A stretch of DNA of 64,000 bases from IMG/VR virus record IMGVR_UViG_3300027969_000050, positions 64,001-128,000 of that record. One strand, 5' to 3'. Both the position numbers and the translations under genes were made by a program. How positions within the stretch are numbered: position 1 is the first letter of the stretch; the number at the start of each line of letters is the position of its first letter. The notes beneath the pieces are model-generated. The model ran no database searches and had not been told where the DNA came from. It was given only the letters and a program-made list of their open reading frames with translations. Source of the DNA: a virus. Positions 26,177-35,880 of this stretch are shown here, in pieces.

Positions 26177-27733
26177 TTATGAAATAATGCCGTACTTCTT
26201 GAGGTCTTGAATGAGTGAGTTGAGCGTGACCCTAAGCGCATCAACATTGTCGTTTGTAGCTGTCATGGTGGATGAAAGACTACCATTTTTAATTCCGAAG
26301 CCGGAAGCTGCGTTTGTATACGATCCAACGTAACTTGGTAGGGTGGTAAGCGTAAGCCCACCTAAACCATTGTTACCGACGCTTTTAACTCCGGTTGCGG
26401 CAGCAAACACGACACCGTAAGATAATGAAACGGTGGCGTTAGCGCTGGCGGCTCCGGTAGCGCTCTGGCTCATTGTGATCGTGTAAGGGTTGCTTCCGCT
26501 AACAGCGGTAATAACCGCCGTATTCTGCTCGACAAGAGTGCTTCCGCCAGAGACGACAGAGACGCCCTGACCGACGATTGGCGCGGTGGCCGTCGTCAAT
26601 CCAGTTACCTGATCGAAGGCTGGGCTGGTAATAGACCCGCCAGTGATTGTTTGCGAAGAGGCTAGGGCGGAATACGTTACTTCGTATGACTGATCTTGGC
26701 ATTGTGCTTCGCCTGAAGCAAATCCCGAGTTTGATCCGGGATCAATCTCTGGTCCGCCGACAGTAAATGTGGTTGAGGTAACGGAAGAGATCGTAAACTC
26801 TCCGTTATAAGAAAGATTTACGGCACCCGAGATAATGACGCGAGAGCCAACAGTTAGAGAATGAGCTGCCGAGGCCGTAAAGGTGTAATCATAGGTGTTC
26901 GGAGAGACACTACTGTTTAGCGTCCTTGTGGCAGAAGTAATTGAAAGCGTTTGATCCGGGCGGACGGTAATAATTCCGCTGGTAGGGAATCCTGAAAGGC
27001 TCGACTGAGCCGCCAGAACTCGAGTCCCAGACCCGGCGATGTAAGGGAAAGCTGTAAAGCTTGACGAGTATCCGTTCGTCTCCGTGTTGCCGGACACCGT
27101 AAGCTCGGTGCCGCCGCTGTCATTTGCCGTTGCCGTGATCACAACGTTCTCACCAAACTTAATTGAGTCGTTTCCGAGAGTGACTCCGGCACGAGTGAAG
27201 GTTCCGCTATCAACGTTACCCGCCACAGCTTCGAAATACTGGGTGGCGTCTAAGTTTAGACCAGAAATTTTAATTACATATTGGCCCTCGTCAAGCCATC
27301 CTTCAATCCGTCCATAGGCATCAGTCTTAAGCGACGTGATTGGCGTAATGTTCGTCGGGTTGGAGTACAAATAAATTAGCGACTGAGAAAGAGGAACCTT
27401 GACTGCTGTTCCGCCAGAGATAACCGGAATGTCTGGTCCGCTAGTGCCTCCTACCAAAGAAAACGAGCTGGTCGTTGGGATGGCGGTAATGGCCGCTCCG
27501 GTTACGTTGTAGGCTGGAATCGATGATCCCGTGACGGTGATGAGATTTCCAACAGCCAAATTGTGCGGATAATCCGTCACATATGTGTAGGTTACGCTTG
27601 ATGCGCTTGCCGATGACAGGCCGTAAACGTTGCCTCCAGCGTCATAATCTGCGCGCTTAAAGACGGAGACGTCGGCACCCTCGACAGGGCGACCTTTCTT
27701 ATTCAGAACGACAAATGGAATTTCAACGCGCAT
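26177..27733 (-). CDS. Ser/Thr-rich virion structural or fibre protein with two beta-rich repeats
   Basis: H.L.VG..I.(V/I).G...YN...I..(I/V)...TF twice; TD..G..E.WL..G.Y. Confidence 0.7.
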   Translation of the reverse strand: MRVEIPFVVLNKKGRPVEGADVSVFKRADYDAGGNVYGLSSASASSVTYTYVTDYPHNLAVGNLITVTGSSIPAYNVTGAAITAIPTTSSFSLVGGTSGPDIPVISGGTAVKVPLSQSLIYLYSNPTNITPITSLKTDAYGRIEGWLDEGQYVIKISGLNLDATQYFEAVAGNVDSGTFTRAGVTLGNDSIKFGENVVITATANDSGGTELTVSGNTETNGYSSSFTAFPYIAGSGTRVLAAQSSLSGFPTSGIITVRPDQTLSITSATRTLNSSVSPNTYDYTFTASAAHSLTVGSRVIISGAVNLSYNGEFTISSVTSTTFTVGGPEIDPGSNSGFASGEAQCQDQSYEVTYSALASSQTITGGSITSPAFDQVTGLTTATAPIVGQGVSVVSGGSTLVEQNTAVITAVSGSNPYTITMSQSATGAASANATVSLSYGVVFAAATGVKSVGNNGLGGLTLTTLPSYVGSYTNAASGFGIKNGSLSSTMTATNDNVDALRVTLNSLIQDLKKYGIIS

Positions 27734-28484
27734 CAGTCTTTACGTCCTTGATTAGCCCTGAATAGTTGGTCTTGGCGATGTATTCGCCAGTAGACTCGCT
27801 GATCTGATCTAGCAGGCCTCGATTGGCCAGCATCTTGTAGACAAGATTGGACGGAGCGAAGTCGCCCTTGCCTGCTCTCTGGTCAATCCGACGGCGCTTA
27901 TGGATCTGGTGCCAAAAGGTCTTGGCCTTGTAAGGCTCGTAACGCAGTAGGCGCTCCATTTTGTCAGCCTGCTCTAGCGCGTAGGTGTAAGCGGAGTTAT
28001 AAATTACCTCTGGATCCCTAGCCATTTCGCGGTCAGGAGGATTAACCCACTCGTCATTGAGAATCTCGTAGCCCGAACGCAGCCCCTTCTTATAGAGATC
28101 GGTTGGCAAAACGCCCTCTGGCACAATAAATACCTGAAGGGGATGAGTGGTCATCGGAAGAATGCTTCCGTCCAACTGCTCAACTGCGATGCCAATCATC
28201 TCGGCCCTTGACCACTCAGGAAAAATTTCTGAGTTGACGAACAAGGAGATGTCAAAATCGCTGTCTTCCGAGTACTGGTAGGTCGTGAGGCTGCCAGTGA
28301 CGTAAAGGCTGCCCCAGTTCTGGACATCGTAGCCATGCTCGTTAAACCTGTCAAAGACAAGCTTCTCAACCCACGTTTTATGCTCAAATTTCAGCGTTGG
28401 CTTGACGGATACCGACCCGTCCCAGACCGTAGGGTCTAGCGTTTCATTGATCGGATCGAGAATATTAGACTTCTTAGGCTTCAT
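27723..28484 (-). CDS. Pol-beta family nucleotidyltransferase
   Basis: VTGSL..YQY...SDFDI (GS...DxD) and C-terminal GDF...NLVYK.L. Confidence 0.8.
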   Translation of the reverse strand: MKPKKSNILDPINETLDPTVWDGSVSVKPTLKFEHKTWVEKLVFDRFNEHGYDVQNWGSLYVTGSLTTYQYSEDSDFDISLFVNSEIFPEWSRAEMIGIAVEQLDGSILPMTTHPLQVFIVPEGVLPTDLYKKGLRSGYEILNDEWVNPPDREMARDPEVIYNSAYTYALEQADKMERLLRYEPYKAKTFWHQIHKRRRIDQRAGKGDFAPSNLVYKMLANRGLLDQISESTGEYIAKTNYSGLIKDVKTDAR

Positions 28485-30477
28485 AGCGTCCGTCCCTCAG
28501 ATCAACGCGATCCTCCACGATCTCCTTGGCGTCCTCGACAATAAAAATTTTAAGCACGGATGACCTCGAGTCCCTCCTCCAAGTAAAAGCCCCTTGATCA
28601 AGGCCAATCAGGTTTAGCTCACCGAGTCCCTCGAGCGTCCGGCGGACTAATTTTTTATTTTTTGAGACAACCTTGAACATGTCTGGAGTTGGAACTTCTC
28701 CTTGCTTTGCCACCTTGAGGGCGTTGCCAACAGCAAAAACCTCGCATCCAGCGGTCAATAAGGCCGAAGTTACGGCCTCTACGTCAGAATTGCTCAAAGA
28801 CCCAATGAAAACAAGGCTGCCTGTGTTTGCAAGCTTCGTCGTTCCGCCATTAATATTTTGCAGCTCCACTGAGTTGACCTTCAGCTCAGGATGCTGGTAA
28901 TACCAGAGGCGAATCAGGTGACGCACTGTGTAGGGGATCGTCGTCGTAGATTTAATTAGGAGCTTTTTAGAGTCGTAAACGCCTTGAACCGTGTTCTCAT
29001 AGCCAGAATCTACCGAGAGATCAGCAACCTGCATGCCCGGATCCCCAACAACAATCGAGTCATCCTCAACGTCGTAAATAAAAGGAATGGGCAGGGCGAC
29101 TGGGTCTACCGCCGACATAAAAGTGATTTCGCCCACTCCTTGAGGCTGTCTCGGGGTGAAATGCGGATTAAAAGTAGCGTCTGGATCAGTGTTAGGGAAG
29201 TGATCGTTCATGACTAGCGTGTCGGATTCGGCCTCGCGGTGCTTAATGAACTCGTGCCACGATGGAAGGAGCTGCTCGCATTCAGGACATTGATAGAGGC
29301 CATTAATTCTTTTTGGGTCCGAAAGTCCAATGGACCCATTTTGCTGTCCGGCGATTGCGCTTTCCTCTGCTGCGGTGTCGTTGAAGAACTGGCCGTCATC
29401 ATTGGCCGGATTTGGGTTTGAAAAGTTGTGTTCTTCCAAATCCTCGATGCGCTTTACAACGTTGTCATTGCCAGCCAGAACAAACTTCAAATTGTTGTCA
29501 TCGGCGTATTCGTTCAGTGCGGACAGAAGCTTAACCCCAAAAATTTTATTTGGGAGCTGGATGTCATCTCCTTCAACCTTGAGAGTCCCAACCGTCATTT
29601 GCCCCGAAAGACGGGTCGCAATCTTGGACCAGTCCTGCTTATGCGAGATTAGGCACTCGTCTCCTTGCTGAACAAAATAAAGATAAGAAGTCTTTGAGGC
29701 CACTTCATGGCCCTCCATGTTGGAAAGGCCGCTCCAAGAAAGACCAACGGAGTTGCAGTACTGCTTCAGGACATCCGAGAGCGCATTGAGGCCAATATTT
29801 GTTTCGACCTCCCATGATGCATTGTCATCCGGGTCAATTTTTAGCGTCCCAACTGCAATTGGCCCCGAAGTTTCGGGGTTTACTAGGCTTTCGAGCGGTT
29901 TGTCATCGACGATGAGCTGCCCATCCGCATAAGAAAAATTTAATTTCTTCGGTTCACGCATGTCGTGGTCCATGTACGACCGATCAATGTGATCTCGATT
30001 GTCCTGAGCCTGAGGTTCCTCAGCAGGAAGGGCGTCACCGGCATAATCCATTGAGACGCGAGCAAAGTGATTGAGGTTCTTGAAAATATTTTCTGCTCGA
30101 TCAGCGAAACGCTCACTCCTCTCGGTGGCCTTTGGACGAACAACATCTAGTCCTCGGTAAAGGGGGTGCGACATGGACTTGTAGATGATGTACTTGTACC
30201 GGTCGCAGGTCAGGTCAATTACATATTTTTTGTCGGACGAGACCCAGACGTAGTGGCCATTGTCCTCGCCAATAAAGCCGCCAAGACGGCGCGTAAGCCA
30301 GAATGAGGTGACGTAGCACTGGCCTTTAGAGGCGTCCTGATCTCCACTGAACTCGGGGTGGCGGGTGTCGTCGTTCCACGCTTTTTCTGCGGCAGACTTA
30401 AGGGCGTGTAACTCGCCCTGAGAAATTGACTTAGGATCGAAGGTCAAAACGGCATCTCCGAATTGGGATCTTCCCAA
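28474..30477 (-). CDS. Multidomain protein: papain-like (YunG-like) N-terminus, C2H2-like finger, degenerate repeat domain, degenerate CCA-NTase head
   Basis: KGQCYVTS...GG...GHYV...IDLT; CPEC...H; PIPFIYD...IVVG; ALLTAGCEVFAVG. Confidence 0.7.
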   Translation of the reverse strand: MGRSQFGDAVLTFDPKSISQGELHALKSAAEKAWNDDTRHPEFSGDQDASKGQCYVTSFWLTRRLGGFIGEDNGHYVWVSSDKKYVIDLTCDRYKYIIYKSMSHPLYRGLDVVRPKATERSERFADRAENIFKNLNHFARVSMDYAGDALPAEEPQAQDNRDHIDRSYMDHDMREPKKLNFSYADGQLIVDDKPLESLVNPETSGPIAVGTLKIDPDDNASWEVETNIGLNALSDVLKQYCNSVGLSWSGLSNMEGHEVASKTSYLYFVQQGDECLISHKQDWSKIATRLSGQMTVGTLKVEGDDIQLPNKIFGVKLLSALNEYADDNNLKFVLAGNDNVVKRIEDLEEHNFSNPNPANDDGQFFNDTAAEESAIAGQQNGSIGLSDPKRINGLYQCPECEQLLPSWHEFIKHREAESDTLVMNDHFPNTDPDATFNPHFTPRQPQGVGEITFMSAVDPVALPIPFIYDVEDDSIVVGDPGMQVADLSVDSGYENTVQGVYDSKKLLIKSTTTIPYTVRHLIRLWYYQHPELKVNSVELQNINGGTTKLANTGSLVFIGSLSNSDVEAVTSALLTAGCEVFAVGNALKVAKQGEVPTPDMFKVVSKNKKLVRRTLEGLGELNLIGLDQGAFTWRRDSRSSVLKIFIVEDAKEIVEDRVDLRDGRYEA

Positions 30478-31508
30478 ATTTCATCTGCCGATCCGAACTG
30501 TGGATCGTCGCTGAAGAACAGCTCGTCCTTTGTGGGGGCGCGAAAATCAAACATTTGGCTTGGTTTTACAATGGGGTAGCTGTTCTCATGCGGATTCATA
30601 AATGGGTTTTCAAAGGGAATCTGCTTCAGAAGCGCGTACTGCTCAGGGTCCGACTTAGGTTGAGCGCGAAACTTGCCAAATCCGTAGTAAGTCGTGTTGG
30701 CCCTTGACCCGCCGCTGCCCTGCCAGCCGGAAAGAGGAGTCTCCTTGACATAGATATCAACCATGCTATTGTTGAAGTCGAAGACGGGCAAAACGGCCAG
30801 CAATGCGTCAATGTCGTTGTTCCCTTGCGTGTAGGCTTCAGCTTCAGCCGTCCTACGAGCCGCTACGTTCTCATGCTCTGCTGGCACCTCAGGGACGTTC
30901 ATGCGAGGCTGTATTCCAAGCTGCTGGGAAAGCTCAGGCTCATGGGTTGCGTAATTAGCCGCGTAGTCATGCTTCTTGGCTCGGTCAGCGTTGTTCACGA
31001 TGAACTCTGGATTAGCATTATCGACGTTTGCAGACTTGACCTCGATCCCGTAAACGGTTCCATTGGCGTCACGAGACAATCCGTCTAGGCGACCGTGTTC
31101 CGCAGCTCCACCCGAAGACAGTGATTCGACACCCGGCTGCCACCAAATAATTTCTCCGTACTTGGCCTGCCACTCAGGACTCTTGGAAACGACTTCGTTA
31201 ATAGCCGCCTCGCCCATTTTCCCAAATTGACTGAGCGACATCCCTGCGCGGGCGACATGCTCATTGTCTTGTTCTTTATCAATTCGTTCAAGAAGATCCT
31301 GATTTTGACCGCAATGTGGGCAGTCATACTCGCTGTACTGGCGCTCTGTAAGCCAATCGATGCCCTGAGGCGAAGCGTAGAAATGACACCTAGGAGCCTC
31401 GCACTTTCTCCAGCCGTTTGCTACGGCCTCCTGAGCCTCGGCGGAGGTCTCCATAACCTCGCCAAGATGCAGGCCGTCCTCTTCGATTGGGTAGCTGGAA
31501 GTTCGCAT
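30444..31508 (-). CDS. Zn-ribbon and PD-(D/E)xK nuclease-fold protein
   Basis: C...C...CPHC; G..GE; LDG...GIEVKS. Confidence 0.7.
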   Translation of the reverse strand: MRTSSYPIEEDGLHLGEVMETSAEAQEAVANGWRKCEAPRCHFYASPQGIDWLTERQYSEYDCPHCGQNQDLLERIDKEQDNEHVARAGMSLSQFGKMGEAAINEVVSKSPEWQAKYGEIIWWQPGVESLSSGGAAEHGRLDGLSRDANGTVYGIEVKSANVDNANPEFIVNNADRAKKHDYAANYATHEPELSQQLGIQPRMNVPEVPAEHENVAARRTAEAEAYTQGNNDIDALLAVLPVFDFNNSMVDIYVKETPLSGWQGSGGSRANTTYYGFGKFRAQPKSDPEQYALLKQIPFENPFMNPHENSYPIVKPSQMFDFRAPTKDELFFSDDPQFGSADEIWEDPNSEMPF

Positions 31509-31516
31509 ACTACTAA

Positions 31517-31741
31517 TTAAGCGTCGGGACTGGCTTCATTACCGTCAATTCGGTCCATATGACCTCGCATAGCGGCCTCATAAGCACCTCCGTCGCAATA
31601 AACACAAAGACGGGCCGGAACGCCTTTCATTGCAAAGATCCGATGTTGAGTCGTTTCCACTGGCGTACTAAGAACCCGGCGAGGGGACTCACCTTTCGCT
31701 TTGCGATTTTTTAAACAGACCTTGCATATCGATTGAGCCAT
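31517..31741 (-). CDS. Small Zn-finger protein
   Basis: CKVC...CVYC; GAGGTG SD; start MAQSI. Confidence 0.6.
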   Translation of the reverse strand: MAQSICKVCLKNRKAKGESPRRVLSTPVETTQHRIFAMKGVPARLCVYCDGGAYEAAMRGHMDRIDGNEASPDA

Positions 31742-31742
31742 C

Positions 31743-31964
31743 TCACCTCTTATCGGCTTGCTTGCAGCCAAATCCACAGGTGAGACCCTTCCGAAAACGG
31801 CGAGCCTTGCGATGGCAAATGCAGCAGACAACATGATCGCCGCTACTGCACTTAGCAAACCTAGAGTTCGATGCCGTCGATACAAAACCACCACATTCGC
31901 AATCGAACCCAGAGGGTCCGTCGCCCTTAATTTCTACGCTGATTAAATGCCCTTGCCCATCCAC
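31743..31964 (-). CDS. Small Cys-rich protein
   Basis: CECG...C...CCIC...C. Confidence 0.55.
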   Translation of the reverse strand: MDGQGHLISVEIKGDGPSGFDCECGGFVSTASNSRFAKCSSGDHVVCCICHRKARRFRKGLTCGFGCKQADKR

Positions 31965-32279
31965 TCACTTGCTCCTCTTCCTTAAAAGCTTTTTAAGCTT
32001 CTCCAAAGATGACTCCCGATGGGCATCGGCAGCAATATTTACGATCTCCGACTCAATGATCATTGCAATATCATCATCGGCACAGGTACAGAAAATGCGT
32101 GGAACGTAAGCCATCTTGCCGTCAATGTTCTCAATGGTCACGGTGATCATGAAGAACCCGCTGCTATCTGCCGCCATGTCTGCCGCCAGCATCACGTTAT
32201 CGATAAAATCTTCCATCTCATCGATAGGCTCCGGTTCAATGTTATTCAATGAGTCGTCCAGAAGATTAAAGAGATCCAT
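31965..32279 (-). CDS. Hypothetical protein
   Basis: ORF track; operon context. Confidence 0.65.
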   Translation of the reverse strand: MDLFNLLDDSLNNIEPEPIDEMEDFIDNVMLAADMAADSSGFFMITVTIENIDGKMAYVPRIFCTCADDDIAMIIESEIVNIAADAHRESSLEKLKKLLRKRSK

Positions 32280-32520
32280 TTTTCGTCCTTATGAGAAGAT
32301 CCAGCTTACTTGAGAAAAGGCCTGCGACCTGACTAACCATTCGAAATGTTACATAGACGGAAAGAAACACGATGATGCCAAGCCAAGCACTAAAGGCAAA
32401 CCCAACAGAGATGCCAAGAATCGCAATTAGCAGTACTTCTATCTCGGTGATTGCAGCGCGAACAAGGCCGACAATGACGCTTGCCAAAAAAGTTGGGAAC
32501 TGCTTAATATCCTCAATCAT
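32266..32520 (-). CDS. Small membrane protein
   Basis: Two to three hydrophobic segments. Confidence 0.6.
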   Translation of the reverse strand: MIEDIKQFPTFLASVIVGLVRAAITEIEVLLIAILGISVGFAFSAWLGIIVFLSVYVTFRMVSQVAGLFSSKLDLLIRTKNGSL

Positions 32521-32711
32521 TTTAATAGCGCGTAAACGTCGTCTCGAACATCAGCAACGGCAGAAGTGATCTCGTCATACCGACCAAAGCGATGCTCTAG
32601 CTTTGAATAGATGTCCGACAGGTCTTGGTAAATTCGATCAAGATCCCGCTGCGAGATGGCGGATTCTTTCTTGTTCTCGTTGTGAAATGGGGAATTACTT
32701 GGAAACGGCAT
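32517..32711 (-). CDS. Hypothetical protein
   Basis: GAGGAG SD; start MPFPS. Confidence 0.55.
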   Translation of the reverse strand: MPFPSNSPFHNENKKESAISQRDLDRIYQDLSDIYSKLEHRFGRYDEITSAVADVRDDVYALLK

Positions 32712-32934
32712 CTGTATTCTCCTCAATAATTTCCTCTTCGACTACTTCAGCAGCCTCTTCAAGAATCTTGTTTGCCCTATCAACCGCGCCTTGAAGGTGC
32801 TTCGTTAGAGGCGAAACCTTTCCGCGCACGTCCATTTGGCGATAGGAATCTGTCATGTCCTCACTAACTGATTTAAAATGAGCCGTATTCAGGGCGTCTC
32901 TGAGGAACTCAAGTTCGGTTTGTTCAATTTCCAT
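32695..32934 (-). CDS. Hypothetical protein
   Basis: GGAG SD; operon context. Confidence 0.6.
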   Translation of the reverse strand: MEIEQTELEFLRDALNTAHFKSVSEDMTDSYRQMDVRGKVSPLTKHLQGAVDRANKILEEAAEVVEEEIIEENTDAVSK

Positions 32935-33529
32935 TTAGCACTCCCTCCCTGTTTAGGTAGAAATTAATTCCGGCCCATGTCGGGGCCAAGAAGATGTTGT
33001 CAATGTCAGTCAACGCTCGGTTGTATTCGTAAAGCAGTCCGAAACCCTTACGGCGGTCCGCGTAAACGTCTGCCTTTTCGTACACAAAGTCGCACAGCGT
33101 CTTTGGGCGGTCATCGATCAGATAAGCGCAGTCATCTAAATAAGGAAGCTTGTTGTCAAGCATGCAAACAACCTCGCCCTCAGGAAGTCCGGATTCCTTA
33201 ATCCATTCAGCCGTTGCGTAAACAAGATCCGGATCCCGGGACGAAACATATTTTATTTCGCCATTGAACCGGGTTAAAGTCTCAACCGCGCCATCAAAGC
33301 ACTGCCTAGACTTGATCATGTCTACCGAATGAACCTTTTCTATAGCTTTTTCAAAGGCCTCGTCCCCACAGGAATCAAGTGGAGAACGCCATTCGAACCA
33401 ACCATGGTAGGCGCCACGAAAATAATCTTTATTTCCGCTCTCCAAAGCCAAGTCAAGGTAGGCCTGCCGAAAAGGAGTTTCAAAGTCATAGAGCGTGGAG
33501 TCAACGTCCACAGCCATTTTAGTCCTCAT
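32924..33529 (-). CDS. HAD-family 5'(3')-deoxyribonucleotidase-like protein
   Basis: AVDVDSTL (DxD) and LIDDRP. Confidence 0.8.
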   Translation of the reverse strand: MRTKMAVDVDSTLYDFETPFRQAYLDLALESGNKDYFRGAYHGWFEWRSPLDSCGDEAFEKAIEKVHSVDMIKSRQCFDGAVETLTRFNGEIKYVSSRDPDLVYATAEWIKESGLPEGEVVCMLDNKLPYLDDCAYLIDDRPKTLCDFVYEKADVYADRRKGFGLLYEYNRALTDIDNIFLAPTWAGINFYLNREGVLNGN

Positions 33530-34202
33530 CGAAGACCTTTTTTAATTCTTCGTATGTCCGCTCTGCATTGGCGGACACAGCATTTACTTCTTCCTCGTCA
33601 CGCTGTTTTTCCATCAAGGAGGCAATGATTGTCTTTGCAACCAAATCCTTGAGTTCGTCGAGGCTCCCTGAATTAGGGATCAAGTAGTCGATTAAGTCCT
33701 CATTCACACCAATTTCGCTGGCGTGTGAGCTTTCTTCAATCACGTCACCGGGACGCTCAATAAGCCACACGAACCCACCATACTCCCTGATTCGCGTAGC
33801 CTCGTTGTCATAACGGACGTCGGTTACGACATAGATCTCGGGCGAATGAAGGAACGGTCCGAAGTCAAGGGCATCGAGAGGAGGAAGAAGCGTATCGACC
33901 CAAAAATTCTCTCCGAAAAGCTCCCGATGGGCCTCGGTCCCATACCTTTGGAAAAGCTCCCTGCCAGAAATCTCAGCAAAGGGCTTTCCATCAATCTCAA
34001 CCTTGACCGATCCCTTTGACTTGATGTCCTCGGCAATAACACGCCAATCCTCGTAGTCACCAAAGACCTTCAGGGCGGAGTGCTTAAGGGCCTCTGCGAA
34101 GGAAAGCTTGACCACTGGCCTCACATCATTGAACAGTGAATAAAGGGTCTCATAAACGGTGTCCTTGCCAGAACCCGCCCTTCCTGTCAGCCCAATAAGC
34201 AT
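33519..34202 (-). CDS. Deoxynucleoside monophosphate kinase
   Basis: GLTGRAGSGKDT, SFA..LK, R...Q..GT, DVRY.NEA, HASE. Confidence 0.88.
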   Translation of the reverse strand: MLIGLTGRAGSGKDTVYETLYSLFNDVRPVVKLSFAEALKHSALKVFGDYEDWRVIAEDIKSKGSVKVEIDGKPFAEISGRELFQRYGTEAHRELFGENFWVDTLLPPLDALDFGPFLHSPEIYVVTDVRYDNEATRIREYGGFVWLIERPGDVIEESSHASEIGVNEDLIDYLIPNSGSLDELKDLVAKTIIASLMEKQRDEEEVNAVSANAERTYEELKKVFDED

Positions 34203-34453
34203 TAGGAGTTAAGTTCGTCGCGCTGGGCAATCAAAGATGTTAGCTCTGCGTCAGCGAGCTTTTCTACCTCCGCACGAAGCTCAATGCACTTGTCGAGCTG
34301 AAACTTCTCAACGTCGCTCTCAGACCAATCGCTAGGAACCTCGTACTTGCGGTTCATAGAAAAGTAGAAGTCCTGCGAGTACTCGAACTTGACGATCTGA
34401 ATTTTGCCGCCTACTGAAACTGAGGCCGATGCCTCAATGCACTTAGCTTCCAT
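34202..34453 (-). CDS. Hypothetical protein
   Basis: TAATG coupling to the kinase gene. Confidence 0.65.
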   Translation of the reverse strand: MEAKCIEASASVSVGGKIQIVKFEYSQDFYFSMNRKYEVPSDWSESDVEKFQLDKCIELRAEVEKLADAELTSLIAQRDELNS

Positions 34454-34472
34454 GACTTGCCTTTCGATTTAT

Positions 34473-34676
34473 TTACGAACGGGTGAGACTGACAAACAGC
34501 CCTTCTCGAACAGCGATTTCTGATACTGCGTCAACAATCTCATTTGAGAGGCTATCCGGAATAGGACGGCCCTCGGAGTTGTAAGCAACAACGCACACGG
34601 CCTGCGAGCGCTGCTTGTAGTTCTGGTCCTTACGGTTCTTGCGCTTCGCCTTACCCTTATCTTTAGGACTACTCAT
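34473..34676 (-). CDS. Small basic hypothetical protein
   Basis: Start MSSPK overlaps the upstream stop. Confidence 0.55.
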   Translation of the reverse strand: MSSPKDKGKAKRKNRKDQNYKQRSQAVCVVAYNSEGRPIPDSLSNEIVDAVSEIAVREGLFVSLTRS

Positions 34677-35880
34677 ACCTTTGGCCTCTCCAATAGAGTT
34701 TGTTGTCAACGAATGTGGCTAGGTCGATGCTGAACGTGCCATCTTCAAAAACGTTGGCCGTGGCGAATCCTTGCTGCCAATCTGCGTTCACGGCGTAACC
34801 TAGACCGCCCTCAATCTGACACATGCAGCCTGTCTCAACCGCAGTCAGAGTGGTGGGCTTACCATTAATATCATAATTTGTTTTGTGGACACGACTTTGC
34901 CTATGCGTGTGTCCCACGACAATCGAATACCCAAGGTGATCCAGAGTCGCCAAAGCCGACGCTCCAGAGCCTTTTCGGGCAATCCAACCATGTCGGGCAG
35001 CCAAGTGTTCAGAGACGTTGATCTGAGCGTGCTTGTAGGACCCGTGAGGCTCTACATAATCAATTCCAAGCTCATCTAGCCTTAAGAGATAATCTACGCT
35101 GAAAATCGATTTATTGTCGTCTGCGCGAGTCAGGTTATATAGATCAGGAACGCGATCAATAATGCTTCGACGCAGCCGCTCATCGTGATTGCCAGAAAGC
35201 TTAGTCCAATGCGTCTTTTCTGACGACTGAACATAGTCCCTTAGCAAGCCATAAGCCGAGTCAATGCATTCTTGCGTGGTAGCAGCCCAGTCAGGTTCCG
35301 CTGGATGGCGGGACACGTTTGGAAGGTCCATTGTGTCTCCAATGAGAATTCCCTCTTCCGGCTTTTCCTCAGCTAAGAAAGAACAGAATGCATTGTGAAG
35401 GTCCTTGTCGTGGAAAGGAGCCTGAGGGTCTCCAACAAACACAACAAGCTTTCCGTTCTTATTGCTTTTTTGTGTCTTGGGCCTCTTGTAGTCGCCATCG
35501 ATACGAGCGGGTGAGATGCTCGGGGCTTTGCGGTTAAAGGTTGCCCTTAGCTGACGGTTCTCACCATTTTCTCCCCACTCATTGACACGAAGGTTTGTGA
35601 CCTCCCAATCCTCAGGGTCAAGATTACGATCCTCTAAAAGACCCTCAAGGTCTCCAAGATCATAGTCGGCAATTTCCATGACCTGTTCATTGGTGTCAAT
35701 GACGATCTTGTTTGAGTTCCAGCGCTTTAGCGCTCGACGGATTGAATGGCGCGATGTATCCAAGCCCTTCTTACCAAGCTTGTCAGCAATTTCAGTATGG
35801 GTTAGACCTTCTGAGTCCCATGCTTCAATTGTTTCGCGGTGTTTGTCTAGTTCGGAATAGTGAGATTTATTCATCATCAA
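34669..35880 (-). CDS. HTH and calcineurin-like metallophosphoesterase
   Basis: GDPQ, GDTMD, GNHD, RHG, GHTH; N-terminal HTH. Confidence 0.85.
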   Translation of the reverse strand: MMMNKSHYSELDKHRETIEAWDSEGLTHTEIADKLGKKGLDTSRHSIRRALKRWNSNKIVIDTNEQVMEIADYDLGDLEGLLEDRNLDPEDWEVTNLRVNEWGENGENRQLRATFNRKAPSISPARIDGDYKRPKTQKSNKNGKLVVFVGDPQAPFHDKDLHNAFCSFLAEEKPEEGILIGDTMDLPNVSRHPAEPDWAATTQECIDSAYGLLRDYVQSSEKTHWTKLSGNHDERLRRSIIDRVPDLYNLTRADDNKSIFSVDYLLRLDELGIDYVEPHGSYKHAQINVSEHLAARHGWIARKGSGASALATLDHLGYSIVVGHTHRQSRVHKTNYDINGKPTTLTAVETGCMCQIEGGLGYAVNADWQQGFATANVFEDGTFSIDLATFVDNKLYWRGQRYE

